Positions 1 to 13,010 of a stretch of DNA of 64,000 bases are shown piece after piece. Each line of letters opens with the position of its first letter. The stretch's first letter is position 1. The stretch comes from Eledone cirrhosa (lineage: Eukaryota), in the NCBI GenBank assembly GCA_964016885.1, contig OZ024766.1, positions 17,298,001 through 17,362,000 of the forward strand, given 5' to 3'. Under the pieces are notes generated by a model. The model ran no database searches and was not told where the DNA came from. It was given only the letters and a program-made list of their open reading frames with translations. Both the position numbers and the translations under genes were made by a program.

Positions 1-1645
<1,645 letters not shown>

Positions 1646-1978
1646 GTAGACAAACAAGGGTATGAGAACTTTCTCATCTTCAACAGAGCTTCACGCTTTC
1701 AAAGGAAAAGCAAGTTTCTGAAAGAAGGTGATGTTAGGGCTTGGGGTGTGGAGTGTGGGGGTGGGGGGTGTCAAATGTGCATTTGTATCATCCACATGTT
1801 GTTGTTGTTGTTGTTGTTACTGCTGCTGTAGTTGTTGTTGTTTTTATCTCTTCTTTCTTTCTTTCTTTCCCACCCCTCTCTCTCCTACTCTCTCTTCTGT
1901 CCTTTGTTTTCCCCTCCCCCTCTATTACCATATTTCATCCAAAGTCTCGGCGTCTGTCTGCTGTCTGTCTGTGTTTGT

Positions 1979-2034
1979 CCAATCAGGTTCCACCACATCT
2001 ATTCACCAGGATAGGCTTCTCATTCCTTTATAAG
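1979..2034 (+). promoter_or_regulatory. Candidate Pol II core promoter (CCAAT at ~1979, TATA-like TTTATAAG at ~2027)
   Basis: Motif spacing is plausible and I see no ATG between here and the signal-peptide-like ATG at 3990; no expression evidence. Confidence 0.3.
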
Positions 2035-2195
2035 GCCGTCCATCACCGTTAAGTCGAGACCCAGACACAACTGTGACACTTTGCAAGTCGTCACCTCGTG
2101 GCAACATTGGACATTGTGTGTGTGTGGCTTCTCTGAGTTGGCGATAACAGGGGACAACCTGACAGAGGAGACGAGACGACAGAGAAGACGACAGA

Positions 2196-3955
2196 GAAGA
2201 TTTAAGAAGAAGAAGAAGAAGATTTAAGGAGAAGAAGAAGATTTAAGGAGAAGAAGAAGAAGATTTAAGAAGAAGGAGAAGAAGATTTAAGAAGGAGAAG
2301 AAGAAGATTTAAGAAGAAGAAGGAGAAGAAGATTTAAGGAGAAGAAGAAGAAGATTTAAGAAGAAGAAGATTTAAGAAGAAGAAGAAGAAGATTTAAGAA
2401 GGAGAAGAAGAAGATTTAAGAAGAAGAAGGAGAAGAAGATTTAAGAAGAAGAAGAAGAAGATTTAAGGAGAAGAAGAAGAAGATTTAAGAAGAAGAAGAA
2501 GAAGATTTAAGAAGAAGAAGAAGATTCAAGAAGAAGAAGGAGAAGAAGATTTAAGGAGAAGAAGAAGATTTAAGAAGAAGAAGAAGATTTAAGAAGAAGA
2601 AGATTTAAGGAGAAGAAGGAGAAGAAGATTTAAGAAGAAGAAGAAGAAGATTTAAGAAGAAGAAGGAGAAGAAGATTTAAGGAGAAGAAGAAGATTTAAG
2701 AAGAAGAAGAAGATTTAAGAAGAAGAAGAAGATTTAAGGAGAAGAAGAAGAAGATTTAAGAAGAAGAAGGAGAAGAAGATTTAAGGAGAAGAAGAAGATT
2801 TAAGAAGAAGAAGAAGATTTAAGAAGAAGAAGAAGATTTAAGGAGAAGAAGGAGAAGAAGATTTAAGAAGGAGAAGAAGAAGATTTAAGAAGGAGAAGAA
2901 GATTTAAGAAGGAGAAGAAGAAGATTTAAGAAGAAGAAGAAGAAGATTTAAGGAGAAGAAGAAGAAGATTTAAGGAGAAGAAGAAGAAGATTTAAGGAGA
3001 AGAAGAAGAAGATTCAAGAAGAAGAAGGAGAAGAAGAAGATTTAAGAAGAAGAAGAAGAAGATTTAAGGAGAAGAAGAAGAAGATTTAAGAAGAAGAAGA
3101 AGAAGATTTAAGAAGAAGGAGAAGAAGATTCAAGAAGAAGAAGGAGAAGAAGATTTAAGGAGAAGAAGAAGATTTAAGAAGAAGAAGATTTAAGAAGAAG
3201 AAGATTTAAGGAGAAGAAGGAGAAGAAGATTTAAGAAGAAGAAGAAGAAGATTTAAGAAGAAGAAGATTTAAGGAGAAGAAGGAGAAGAAGATTTAAGAA
3301 GAAGAAGAAGATTTAAGAAGAAGAAGAAGATTTAAGAAGAAGAAGAAGATTTAAGGAGAAGAAGGAGAAGAAGATTTAAGAAGAAGAAGAAGAAGATTTA
3401 AGAAGAAGAAGGAGAAGATTTAAGGAGAAGAAGAAGATTTAAGAAGAAGATTTAAGAAGAAGAAGAAGATTTAAGGAGAAGAAGGAGAAGAAGATTCAAG
3501 AAGAAGAAGAAGATTTAAGAAGAAGAAGAAGAAGATTTAAGAAGGAGAAGAAGAAGATTTAAGAAGAAGAAGGAGAAGAAGGAGAAGAAGATTTAAGGAG
3601 AAGAAGAAGAAGATTTAAGAAGAAGAAGAAGATTTAAGGAGAAGAAGAAGAAGATTTAAGAAGAAGAAGAAGAAGATTTAAGGAGAAAGAGAAGAAGAAG
3701 ATTTAAGGAGAAAGAGAAGAAGAAGATTTAAGGAGAAAGAGAAGAAGAAGATTTAAGGAGAAAGAGAAGAAGAAGATTTAAGGAGAAAGAGAAGAAGAAG
3801 ATTTAAGGAGAAGAAGAAGAATATTTAAGAAGAAGAAGGAGAAGAAGATTTAAGAAGAAGAAGAAGAAGAAGAAGATTTAAGGAGAAGAAGGAGAAGAAG
3901 ATTTAAGAAGAAGAAGAAGAAGATTTAAGGAGAAAGAGAAGAAGAAGATTTAAGA
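2196..3955 (+). repeat. ~1.75 kb purine-rich satellite of (GAA/GGA)n runs punctuated by GATTTAA
   Basis: Direct reading: variable units such as GATTTAAGAAGAAGAAGAA and GATTTAAGGAGAAGAAGAA. Confidence 0.95.
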
Positions 3956-3989
3956 ACGACACAAGAAGTTTTTATAAAAGAGAAAAAAG

Positions 3990-4108
3990 ATGGTGTTCAC
4001 GATTTTCGTTTTGGTGTTTGTAGCATATCTTTGGGAGTGCAAATCCCAGGATGTCTTTAAGAAGATCCCATCCTTGTTTCCAGCAGGTCCCGTAGACCGG
4101 AAATTTAT
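3990..4108 (+). CDS. Candidate first coding exon of a secreted protein: MVFTIFVLVFVAYLWECKSQDVFKKIPSLFPAGPVDRKF
   Basis: Manual translation: ATG at 3990 with A at -3, hydrophobic stretch VFTIFVLVFVAYLW, plausible cleavage CKS/QD, then a donor-like AT|GTAAGA at 4109 (phase 2). Below the ORF-track length cutoff. Confidence 0.5.
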
Positions 4109-4351
4109 GTAAGAAGACACCATTGTTAAACTTATTATCATCATCATCATCATAGACATAGTATCATTGTCATCATCATCAATGTTTATATATAAATATA
4201 TATATATATATATATTTATATATATGTTATGTATGTATAGACATATATATATATACACACATGTATCTTTCACCTCCCCTTACCCTCTCTAATAGTCACT
4301 CTCTCTGTTAGCCTCTTCCTCACCCTTCACTCACTCGCTCTCTGCTACTAC

Positions 4352-6450
4352 CTCTCCTTCTTCCTCCCGTTTGACCTGTGTGTAATTCTTTTTTCACGCA
4401 CGTTTGACCAGGCTGGTTGTTCCTTTTTTCTCTCTTGTCTACGATTTCACAGAACTTATGTTCACCGAATTCAGGGACTAGACTCCTTCTTCCTCCCGTT
4501 TGACCTGTGCGTAATTCTTTTCTCACGCACGCTTGACCAGGCTGGTTGTTCCTTTTTTCTCTCTTGTCTACGATTTCACAGAACTTATGTTCACCGAATT
4601 CAGGGACTAGACTCCTTCTTCCTCCCGTTTGACCTGTGTGTAATTCTTTTTTCGCGCACGCTTGACCAGGCTGGTTGTTCCTTTTTTCTCTCTTGTCTAC
4701 GATTTCACAGAACTTATGTTCACCGAATTCAGGGACTAGGGCCCTTCTTCCTCCCGTTTGACCTGTGTGTAATTCTTTTCTCGCGCACCCTTGACCAGGC
4801 TGGTTGTTCCTTTTCTCTCTCTTGTCTACGATTTCACAGAACTTATGTTCACCGAATTCAGGGACTAGGGCCCTTCTTCCTCCCGTTTGACCTGTGTGTA
4901 ATTCTTTTCTCACGCACGCTTGACCAGGCTGGTTGTTCCTTTGTTCTCTCTTGTCTACGATTTCACAGAACTTATGTTCACCGAATTCAGGGACTAGGGC
5001 CCTTCTTCCTCCCGTTTGACCTGTGTGTAATTCTTTTTTCGCGCACGCTTGACCAGGCTGGTTGTTCCTTTTTTCTCTCTTGTCTACGATTTCACAGAAC
5101 TTATGTTCACCGAATTCAGGGACTAGACTCCTTCTTCCTCCCGTTTGACCTGTGTGTAATTCTTTTTTCGCGCACGCTTGACCAGGCTGGTTGTTCCTTT
5201 GTTCTCTCTTGTCTACGATTTCACAGAACTTATGTTCACCGAATTCAGGGACTAGGGCCCTTCTTCCTCCCGTTTGACCTGTGTGTAATTCTTTTCTCAC
5301 GCACGCTTGACCAGGCTGGTTGTTCCTTTTTTCTCTCTTGTCTACGATTTCACAGAACTTATGTTCACCGAATTCAGGGACTAGACTCCTTCTTCCTCCC
5401 GTTTGACCTGTGCGTAATTCTTTTCTCACGCACGCTTGACCAGGCTGGTTGTTCCTTTGTTCTCTCTTGTCTACGATTTCACAGAACTTATGTTCACCGA
5501 ATTCAGGGACTAGGGCCCTTCTTCCTCCCGTTTGACCTGTGTGTAATTCTTTTCTCGCGCACCCTTGACCAGGCTGGTTGTTCCTTTGTTCTCTCTTGTC
5601 TACGATTTCACAGAACTTATGTTCACCGAATTCAGGGACTAGACTCCTTCTTCCTCCCGTTTGACCTGTGTGTAATTCTTTTCTCACGCACGCTTGACCA
5701 GGCTGGTTGTTCCTTTGTTCTCTCTTGTCTACGATTTCACAGAACTTATGTTCACCGAATTCAGGGACTAGACTCCTTCTTCCTCCCGTTTGACCTGTGC
5801 GTAATTCTTTTCTCACGCACCCATGACCAGGCTGGTTGTTCCTTTTTTCTCTCTTGTCTACGATTTCACAGAACTTATGTTCACCGAATTCAGGGACTAG
5901 ACTCCTTCTTCCTCCCGTTTGACCTGTGCGTAATTCTTTTCTCACGCACCCTTCACCAGGCTGGTTGTTCCTTTTTCTCTCTCTTGTCTACGATTTCACA
6001 GAACTTATGTTCACCGAATTCAGGGACTAGACTCCTTCTTCCTCCCGTTTGACCTGTGCGTAATTCTTTTCTCACGCACGCTTGACCAGACTGGTTGTTC
6101 CTTTTTTCTCTCTTGTCTACGATTTCACAGAACTTATGTTCACCGAATTCAGGGACTAGACTCCTTCTTCCTCCCGTTTGACCTGTGTGTAATTCTTTTT
6201 TCGCGCACGCTTGACCAGACTGGTTGTTCCTTTTTTCTCTCTTGTCTACGATTTCACAGAACTTATGTTCACCGAATTCAGGGACTAGACTCCTTCTTCC
6301 TCCCGTTTGACCTGTGCGTAATTCTTTTCTCACGCACGCTTGACCAGACTGGTTGTTCCTTTTTTCTCTCTTGTCTACGATTTCACAGAACTTATGTTCA
6401 CCGAATTCAGGGACTAGGGCCCTTCTTCCCCCCGTTTGACCTGTGCGGAA
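4352..6450. repeat. 129-bp tandem repeat, ~16 near-identical copies
   Basis: 43-aa periodicity in minus-strand ORFs 4320-5945 and 5953-6333; one GAATTC per unit; a diverged partial copy continues to ~6530. Confidence 0.95.
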
Positions 6451-6706
6451 TTCCTTCCTTGCTCACATTTCTCTCTCGTTCACGATTTCACCGAACTTAT
6501 ATTCATAGAAATCTGGGATTTGACTCCTTCTTCCTCACTTTTCGTTGCTTCAACATCTTTGTTTGTTTACACTCTCGCTGTCCCCTTTATTTACGTGTCC
6601 CAACGACTTTCTTTAGCCATTGCTCGCACCAGCCGGAGGTATATGGTCTTTAAAGCGATAAGATACCAATGATGGTTGGAAGATCTCTGATGAAGGACTA
6701 ACTTTA

Positions 6707-6755
<49 letters not shown>

Positions 6756-6891
6756 ATACTTTGGGAGGGTCATGATGCCAATAAGAAACACACGCACCAG
6801 TTGCTTTCACTTCAATTTATTATATATTTATATTATATATTCAACACACGATTTCAGATAAAAAATCTTGCTAAACAAATTCAGAAACGAA

Positions 6892-6905
6892 ATATATATA
6901 TATAC

Positions 6906-6940
<35 letters not shown>

Positions 6941-6946
6941 CATATA

Positions 6947-6996
<50 letters not shown>

Positions 6997-7204
6997 CATA
7001 TATATATATGTATGTATATATATATATATATATGTATGTATATATATATATATGTATGTATATATATATATATATGTGTGTATGTATATGTATGTATATA
7101 TATATATATATGTATGTATATATATATTTTTTTTTGTTTAATATAAGGAACTGTTTCATTGTTTTATTCATTATTTTTTTTAATATTTTATATATATATA
7201 TATG

Positions 7205-7243
<39 letters not shown>

Positions 7244-7262
7244 ATATATATATATATGTATG

Positions 7263-7293
<31 letters not shown>

Positions 7294-7482
7294 GTATGTA
7301 TATATATATATGTATGTATATATATATATATATGTATGTATATATATATATATACATACATATATATATATATATATACATACATATATATATATATATA
7401 TACATACATATATATATGTATACATATATATATATATACATACATATATATATACATACATATATATATATATACATACATA

Positions 7483-7516
<34 letters not shown>

Positions 7517-7703
7517 CATACATATATATATATATATATACATACATATATATATATATATACATACATATATATATATATATATATACATACATATATA
7601 TATATATATATATACATACATATATATATATATATATATACATACATATATATATATATACATACATATATATATATATACATACATATATATATATATA
7701 TAT

Positions 7704-7736
<33 letters not shown>

Positions 7737-7746
7737 CATACATATA

Positions 7747-7785
<39 letters not shown>

Positions 7786-7832
7786 ATTTATATATATATA
7801 TATATATGTATGTATATTTATATATATATATG

Positions 7833-7868
<36 letters not shown>
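6892..7868. repeat. Long (TA)n/(TATG)/(TACA) compound microsatellite
   Basis: Direct reading. Confidence 0.95.
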
Positions 7869-7869
<1 letters not shown>

Positions 7870-7931
7870 GTTATTCCGGGTTGAATCAGAGGTAACCACA
7901 GTAAGGTACTCAATACATAGCAGAGTATAAA

Positions 7932-8047
7932 AGTTTTAATATAGATGAGATTCTACAGGACTAGAACTGTTTCATTCTTTAGATTCCTGATGATTTCTAA
8001 AGAATGAAACAGTTCTAGTCCTGTAGAATCTCATCTATATTAAAACT
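7932..8047. repeat. Perfect foldback, ~52-bp arms (7932-7983 / 7996-8047); probable Penelope-like element remnant
   Basis: Arms are reverse complements by eye; overlaps the hammerhead motif at 7981-8031. Confidence 0.85.
7981..8031 (+). ncRNA. Type I hammerhead ribozyme motif
   Basis: Stem I AGATTC/GAATCT; core CTGATGA (7987-7993); stem II TTC-taaa-GAA with a U-U closing mismatch; GAAA; stem III ACAG/CTGT; cleavage triplet GUA (after 8025). Confidence 0.7.
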
Positions 8048-8140
8048 ATATATATATATATATATACAAGTAGGGAAGTTTCCGTTGAAAATTGCAAAAG
8101 TCATAGGAGTGAAGAGTGCTCTATGTAAGTTACAGAGCTA

Positions 8141-8645
8141 AATGTAATGTATAATAAACAATACAATATAATTACCTCATTCGTTTGTCAAACAAGGCAA
8201 TTTAAAACATAGTGAAATATTTGAAAAATCTCCTCAAGAAAGGCAAAAGTTTAACGGGCAAAAAATATATTATATACGTATTTGTGGTCACCCATACACT
8301 GATATACTTGCCCTCATATATGTACTTACGCACACATTTTCTCCCTATACACATGCATTTGTACATACACACATATGTACATTTGTAGGTGTATATACAC
8401 ACATTTATACACATACCCTTACTATATTTCCTTATTTTATTTTTTATATATCTCTTGCATTACTTTTATTTATATATTTTTTTGCCCGTTAAACTTTTGC
8501 CTTTCTTGAGGAGATTTTTCAAATATTTCACTATGTTTTAAATTGCCTTGTCTGACGGACGAATGAGGACGTTTCTTGTATTCGTCTTATTCGAGAAACC
8601 TCTGGTAATGAGGTAATTATATTGTATTGTTTATTATACATTATA
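8141..8645. repeat. Inverted repeat pair (8141-8270 / 8473-8645) with a variant hammerhead motif in the right arm
   Basis: Arms are reverse complementary; the left arm lacks the segment between two AATGAGG direct repeats present in the right arm. Confidence 0.8.
8545..8614 (+). ncRNA. Degenerate hammerhead-like motif (core CTGACGG(A), long stem II)
   Basis: Stem I GCCTTGT/ATGAGGT (with G-U pairs); stem II CGAATGAGGACG/CGTCTTATTCG; GAAACC-tct-GGTA. Core deviates from CUGANGA. Confidence 0.4.
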
Positions 8646-8650
8646 TATAT

Positions 8651-8855
8651 ATCATCATCATCATCATCATCATCATCGTTTAACGTCCGTGTTCCATGCT
8701 TGCATGGGTTTGGACGGAGAGTTTTCCCACTTGAGGAAAGAGTGGTTATCTTGCTCGCATAGGACTATCTGGCGGGTTTTCTACAGCTGGATGCCCTTCC
8801 TAACACCAACCACATTTACAGTGTGGGGCTGGGAGGTTTTTACCGTGTTGCCTAC
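8651..8855 (-). mobile_element. Short 3'-end fragment of the same RTE family
   Basis: Matches the reverse complement of ~978-1177, including the (ATC)n tail. Confidence 0.85.
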
Positions 8856-8995
8856 ATATCCAGGGAGTGTAACTTGGAGATACTGCAGGTTCACCCGGGA
8901 GAGCACTCGATGTTTAGGTTCACTTCTGTGATGAGGTGTAGAGCTATACAGAGTGTAATATATTGAAAGGATAACAAGGACGATTGGTTACTCCT

Positions 8996-9227
8996 TCATT
9001 ACATTTATTGGTAGGTGACACGTGTTTCGCCACTGATCAGCTCAAGGTTTGATCTGTATCGATCTTACCCAACTCAATAATCGGCAGCTCGACGAACACT
9101 TTACATTTTCTTATACCATTTTAAAGGGTCCGTCGAGCTGCCGATTACAGAGTCGGGTAAGATCGATACAGATCAAACCTTGAGCTGATCAGTGGCGAAA
9201 CGCGTGTCACCTACCAATAAATGTAAT
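8996..9227. repeat. Foldback with ~105-bp arms; adjacent ~100-bp direct repeat (8909-9012 / 9566-9669)
   Basis: ATTACATTTATTGGTAGGTGACACGTGTTTCGCC...GGCGAAACGCGTGTCACCTACCAATAAATGTAAT. GAAACGCGTGTC resembles the 3' half of Penelope-type hammerheads. Confidence 0.8.
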
Positions 9228-10066
9228 ATACTTCGTACGAGCATTTATGTAGTTTGCACTAGAATTTTTGTATCGTAGCGGCACCCTTAGAGATAGTATT
9301 AGTATTCATTTTCGGGATTCTGAATTATTATTTTGTATTAGTTTATTTTTTGCACTGGGTGGTTGCTGGCCTTGTGCCTAGGGTAGAAACAATTATTTTG
9401 TATTAGTCTCGGGACTCTGAATTATTATTTTGTGGTACTTCCTTTAGTATTTTGGCCCCCCACTTGTTGACCCGTCAACTAAGTCAATATAATTCCGTCC
9501 CACCTAGTAAACTTTTCTATAGTTTAGCAGTACCAGTGAGAGACTTGATGACTGTTAGGCACTTGATGTTTAGGTTCACTTCTGTGATGAGGTGTAGAGC
9601 TATACAGAGTGTAATATATTGAAAAGATAACAAGGACGATTGGTTACTCCTTCATTACATTTATTGGTACACGATGGGGCCCACCCACAGCCCCGGCGGA
9701 CAGAATAGAGAAGGCGTTTCTCCAGAGGACGGCAAGGGAGACGTGCTGGAAAAGCCACTCCAACTCGTGGAGCTCACACCAGCAGCTGGCCAGCTCTGCG
9801 CCTTTTAGGATGAAATTAAATTATTAAAAAATTAATAGAAAATTAAAGGTTTGTGTTACAAGATTTATTTACTGAAATTACAGAGAGCCTTATATGAAAA
9901 AGTTTAAGTGTATTATAGGGAATCTCGATAAGTTATCAAGGTAGGATATAGAGTAAAGATAAAAGCCTTCGATTGTAAATCCCAGCCAGCACCTCCTAAC
10001 CACGTGTCAGCCAGTTTAAAGCTTTTCTGAAGAAAATGGAAATTAATTTTAAGTGTGTATGTGTAT

Positions 10067-10205
10067 ATCATCATCATCATCATCATCATCATCATTTTAC
10101 GTCCGCTTTTCCCTGCTTGCAAGGGGGAGACGGGTCTTATTCAGCACAGCATCTCTCCACTCGTCACGGTCCCTCGTCATCTCCACCGTGAGCTTCAATG
10201 CTTCG
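10067..10205 (-). mobile_element. 3'-terminal fragment of a second RTE family
   Basis: Minus-strand translation EALKLTVEMTRDRDEWRDAVLNKTRL resembles the RTE ORF2 C-terminus; (ATC)n tail; tail sequence shared with the SINEs at 10756 and 11688. Confidence 0.7.
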
Positions 10206-10310
10206 TGGTCTATATATATATATAGACCACGATAAATTAACGGAGCCATAGGCCCTCACTATTCCCTGTAAATAATGTGCTCAAAGGAAAAGAAATCCTG
10301 AGCTTTCTAA

Positions 10311-10750
10311 AATACAATATGTTGAGAAGGTAACAAACCAGAGAGAGATATACAGTGCGTTATCAATAAAAACAGGGAAAAATCCACCAGTGTATGGAAT
10401 CTATAACCTATGAAAGGCAGACTATATACACGATAATTAAAAATATAAATTAAAGCGTAAATAAATACCTCTATAACTATATAACACACGTACAAATCCA
10501 AAGATATGTTTCACCAATAATTTGTTGAAAGAAATGGGTTAGTCTCAGTTCATCAGCGTGTGTAAGGCCATACATTTAAGACAACACTAAGAGGTATTTA
10601 TTTACGCTTTAATTTATATTTTTAATTATCGTGTCTATAGTCTGCCTTTCATAGGTTATAGATTCCATACACTGGTGGATTTTTCCCTGTTTTTATTGAT
10701 AATGCACTATATATCTCTCTCTGGTGGGTTACCTTTTCAAAATATTGTAT
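10311..10750. repeat. Inverted repeat, ~160-bp arms (10311-10472 / 10590-10750), enclosing a hammerhead motif
   Basis: Arms are reverse complementary with few mismatches. Confidence 0.85.
10484..10563 (-). ncRNA. Type I hammerhead ribozyme motif, canonical core
   Basis: Minus strand: ACACACG-CTGATGA-ACTGA...TTGGT-GAAACATATC-tttg-GATTTGT-A-CGTGTGT. 7-bp stem I, stem II with G-U pairs, stem III ACA/TGT plus ATC/GAT, GUA cleavage triplet. Confidence 0.8.
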
Positions 10751-10755
10751 ATATA

Positions 10756-11297
10756 GTGGAGGCACATGGCTTAGTGGTTAGAGCATTGGCCTTGCAATCG
10801 AAAGGTTGTGAGTTCAATTCTCAGACCGGGTGATGTGTTGTTTCCTTGAGCAAGACACTTTATTTCACATTGCTCCAGTTTACTCAGCTGTAGAAATGAG
10901 ATGATAGGGACTGGGGTCCCTATCATTCCACTGTAAAGTGGTCGTGGAGGTGCCACGGCAAAAAAGCACCCAGCCCTCACTGTAAAGTGGTCGTGGAGGT
11001 GCCACGGCAAAAAAGCACCCAGCACTCACTGTAAAGTGGACGTGGAGGTGCCACGGCAAAAAAGCACCCAGCCCTCACTGTAAAGTGGTCGTGGAGGTGC
11101 CACGGCAAAAAAGCACCCAGCACTCACTGTAAAGTAGTCGTGGAGGTGCCACGGCAAAAAAGCACCCAGCACTCACTGTAAATGAGGTTGGTGTTGGAAG
11201 GGCATCCAGCTGTAGAAATCAAGCCAGAATCAGTTCCCGTCCCACCCTTGCAAGCAGGGAAAAGTGGACGTAAAATGAAATGATGATGATTATGATG
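10756..11297 (+). mobile_element. tRNA-derived SINE with internal 48-bp tandem array (~5 units) and RTE-type tail
   Basis: A box TGGCTTAGTGG, B box GAGTTCAATTC, CORE-like TCCTTGAGCAAGACACTT, tail ...GGACGTAAAATGAAATGATGATGAT. Confidence 0.85.
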
Positions 11298-11352
11298 TAT
11301 ATTCCATTTACCAATATATAATAACTTGTGTGTTACACCTCTATTCTTTTAA

Positions 11353-11650
11353 ATATAATTGTTTCTACTTTAGGCACAAGGCCAGAAATTACCCAGTGCA
11401 TTACTGGTACTTTATTTTATCGACCCCGTAAGGATGAAAGGCAAAGTTAACCTAAATATAATTGTTTCTACTTTTGGCACAAGGCCAGCAATTACCCAGT
11501 GCATTACTGGTACTTTATTTCATCGACCCCATGAGGATGAAAGGCAAAGTTAACCTTGGCGGGCTTTGAACTCAGAATGGCAAGGGACGTAACTCTATGC
11601 GTCAAAGCATGGCGTCCGACCCTCTACCGATACTGCCAATCCACCGCCCA
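11353..11650 (-). mobile_element. Second tRNA-derived SINE family (copy ~11457-11650 plus duplicated 3' half)
   Basis: Minus strand TGGCAGTATCGGTAGAG...GAGTTCAAAGCCC...GCCTTTCATCC...GGGGTCGAT; same family as 15092-15278. Confidence 0.75.
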
Positions 11651-11687
11651 TCCAAAGTCAACCTAAATATAATACAATATATATATA

Positions 11688-12579
11688 TCATCATCATCAT
11701 CATCATCATCATTTTACGTCGGCTTTTTCCCTGCTTGCAAGGGTGGGACGGGAACTGATTCTGGCTTGATTTCTACAGCTGGATGCCCTTCCTAACACCA
11801 ACCTCATTTACAGTGAGTGCTGGGTGCTTTTTTGCCGTGGCACCTCCACGGCCACTTTACAGTGAGTGCTGGGTGCTTTTTTGCTGTGGCACCTCCACGA
11901 CCACTTTACAGTGAGTGCTGGGTGCTTTTTTGCCGTGGCACCTCCACGACCACTTTACAGTGAGTGCTGGGTGCTTTTTTGCCGTGGCACCTCCACGACC
12001 ACTTTACAGTGAGTGCTGGGTGCTTTTTTGCCGTGGTACCTCCACGACCACTTTACAGTGAGTGCTGGGTGCTTTTTTTGCTGTGGCACCTCCACGACCA
12101 CTTTAGAGTGAGGGCTGGGTGCTTTTTTTGCTGTGGCACCTCCACGACCACTTTACAGTGAGTGCTGGGTGCTTTTTTTGCTGTGGCACCTCCACGACCA
12201 CTTTACAGTGAGTGCTGGGTGCTTTTTTTGCCGTGGCACCTCCACGACCACTTTACAGTGTGGGCTGGGTGCTTTGTTGCTGTGGCACCTCCACGACCAC
12301 TTTACAGTGAGGGCTGGGTGCTTTTTTGCCGTGGCACGTCCACGACCACTTTACAGTGAGGGCTGGGTGCTTTTTTGCTGTGGCACCTCCATGACCACTC
12401 TACAGTGGAATGATAGGGACCCCAGTCCCTATCATCTCATTTCTACAGCTGAGTAAACTGGAGCAATGTGAAATAAAGTATCTTGCTCAAGGAAACAACA
12501 CATCACCCGGTCCAAGAATTGAACTCATAACTTTCGATTGCAAGGCCAATGCTCTAACCACTAAGCCATGGGCCTCCAT
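11688..12579 (-). mobile_element. Inverted copy of the 10756 SINE with a longer internal 48-bp array (~12 units)
   Basis: Reverse complement of the head and tail of 10756-11297; the chance ORF MIGTPVPIISFLQLSKLEQCEIK occurs in both. Confidence 0.85.
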
Positions 12580-12826
12580 CAATGCTGACAAATTGTTCAC
12601 AGTGAAAAATAGTTTAATTAGGAATAAGTGAGAATTAGTAATTGTATTGGTTAGTATTCAGTTTTGGTTTTAAGTTTTACCGGTTGAGCATTTCTAATGC
12701 TTTTCAAAAATAATTTGGAGACAGTGTCCATGATGTTTGCTCTGACATATATATATATATATTTGTGTATGTGTTTTTATGTATTTTGTATATGTGAATA
12801 TATGTGTATTTCTGTAGATGTGTTTG

Positions 12827-12895
<69 letters not shown>

Positions 12896-13010
12896 ATATA
12901 TTTTCAGAAGATATATAGTTTCAGAAGATCCCATTAAGGGTGACAGCAGCGATTCTTTGCTTAAACTTTAATCTGTTATTTTAATATATGTGTGTGTATA
13001 TATATATATA

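Noticed and set aside
6680-6710. CTGATGA as a further hammerhead
   Set aside because: No GAAA or stem III follows; the sequence runs into (TA)n.
10767-10830. tRNA gene
   Set aside because: A and B boxes belong to a SINE head; no complete cloverleaf, and a second copy shares the SINE body.
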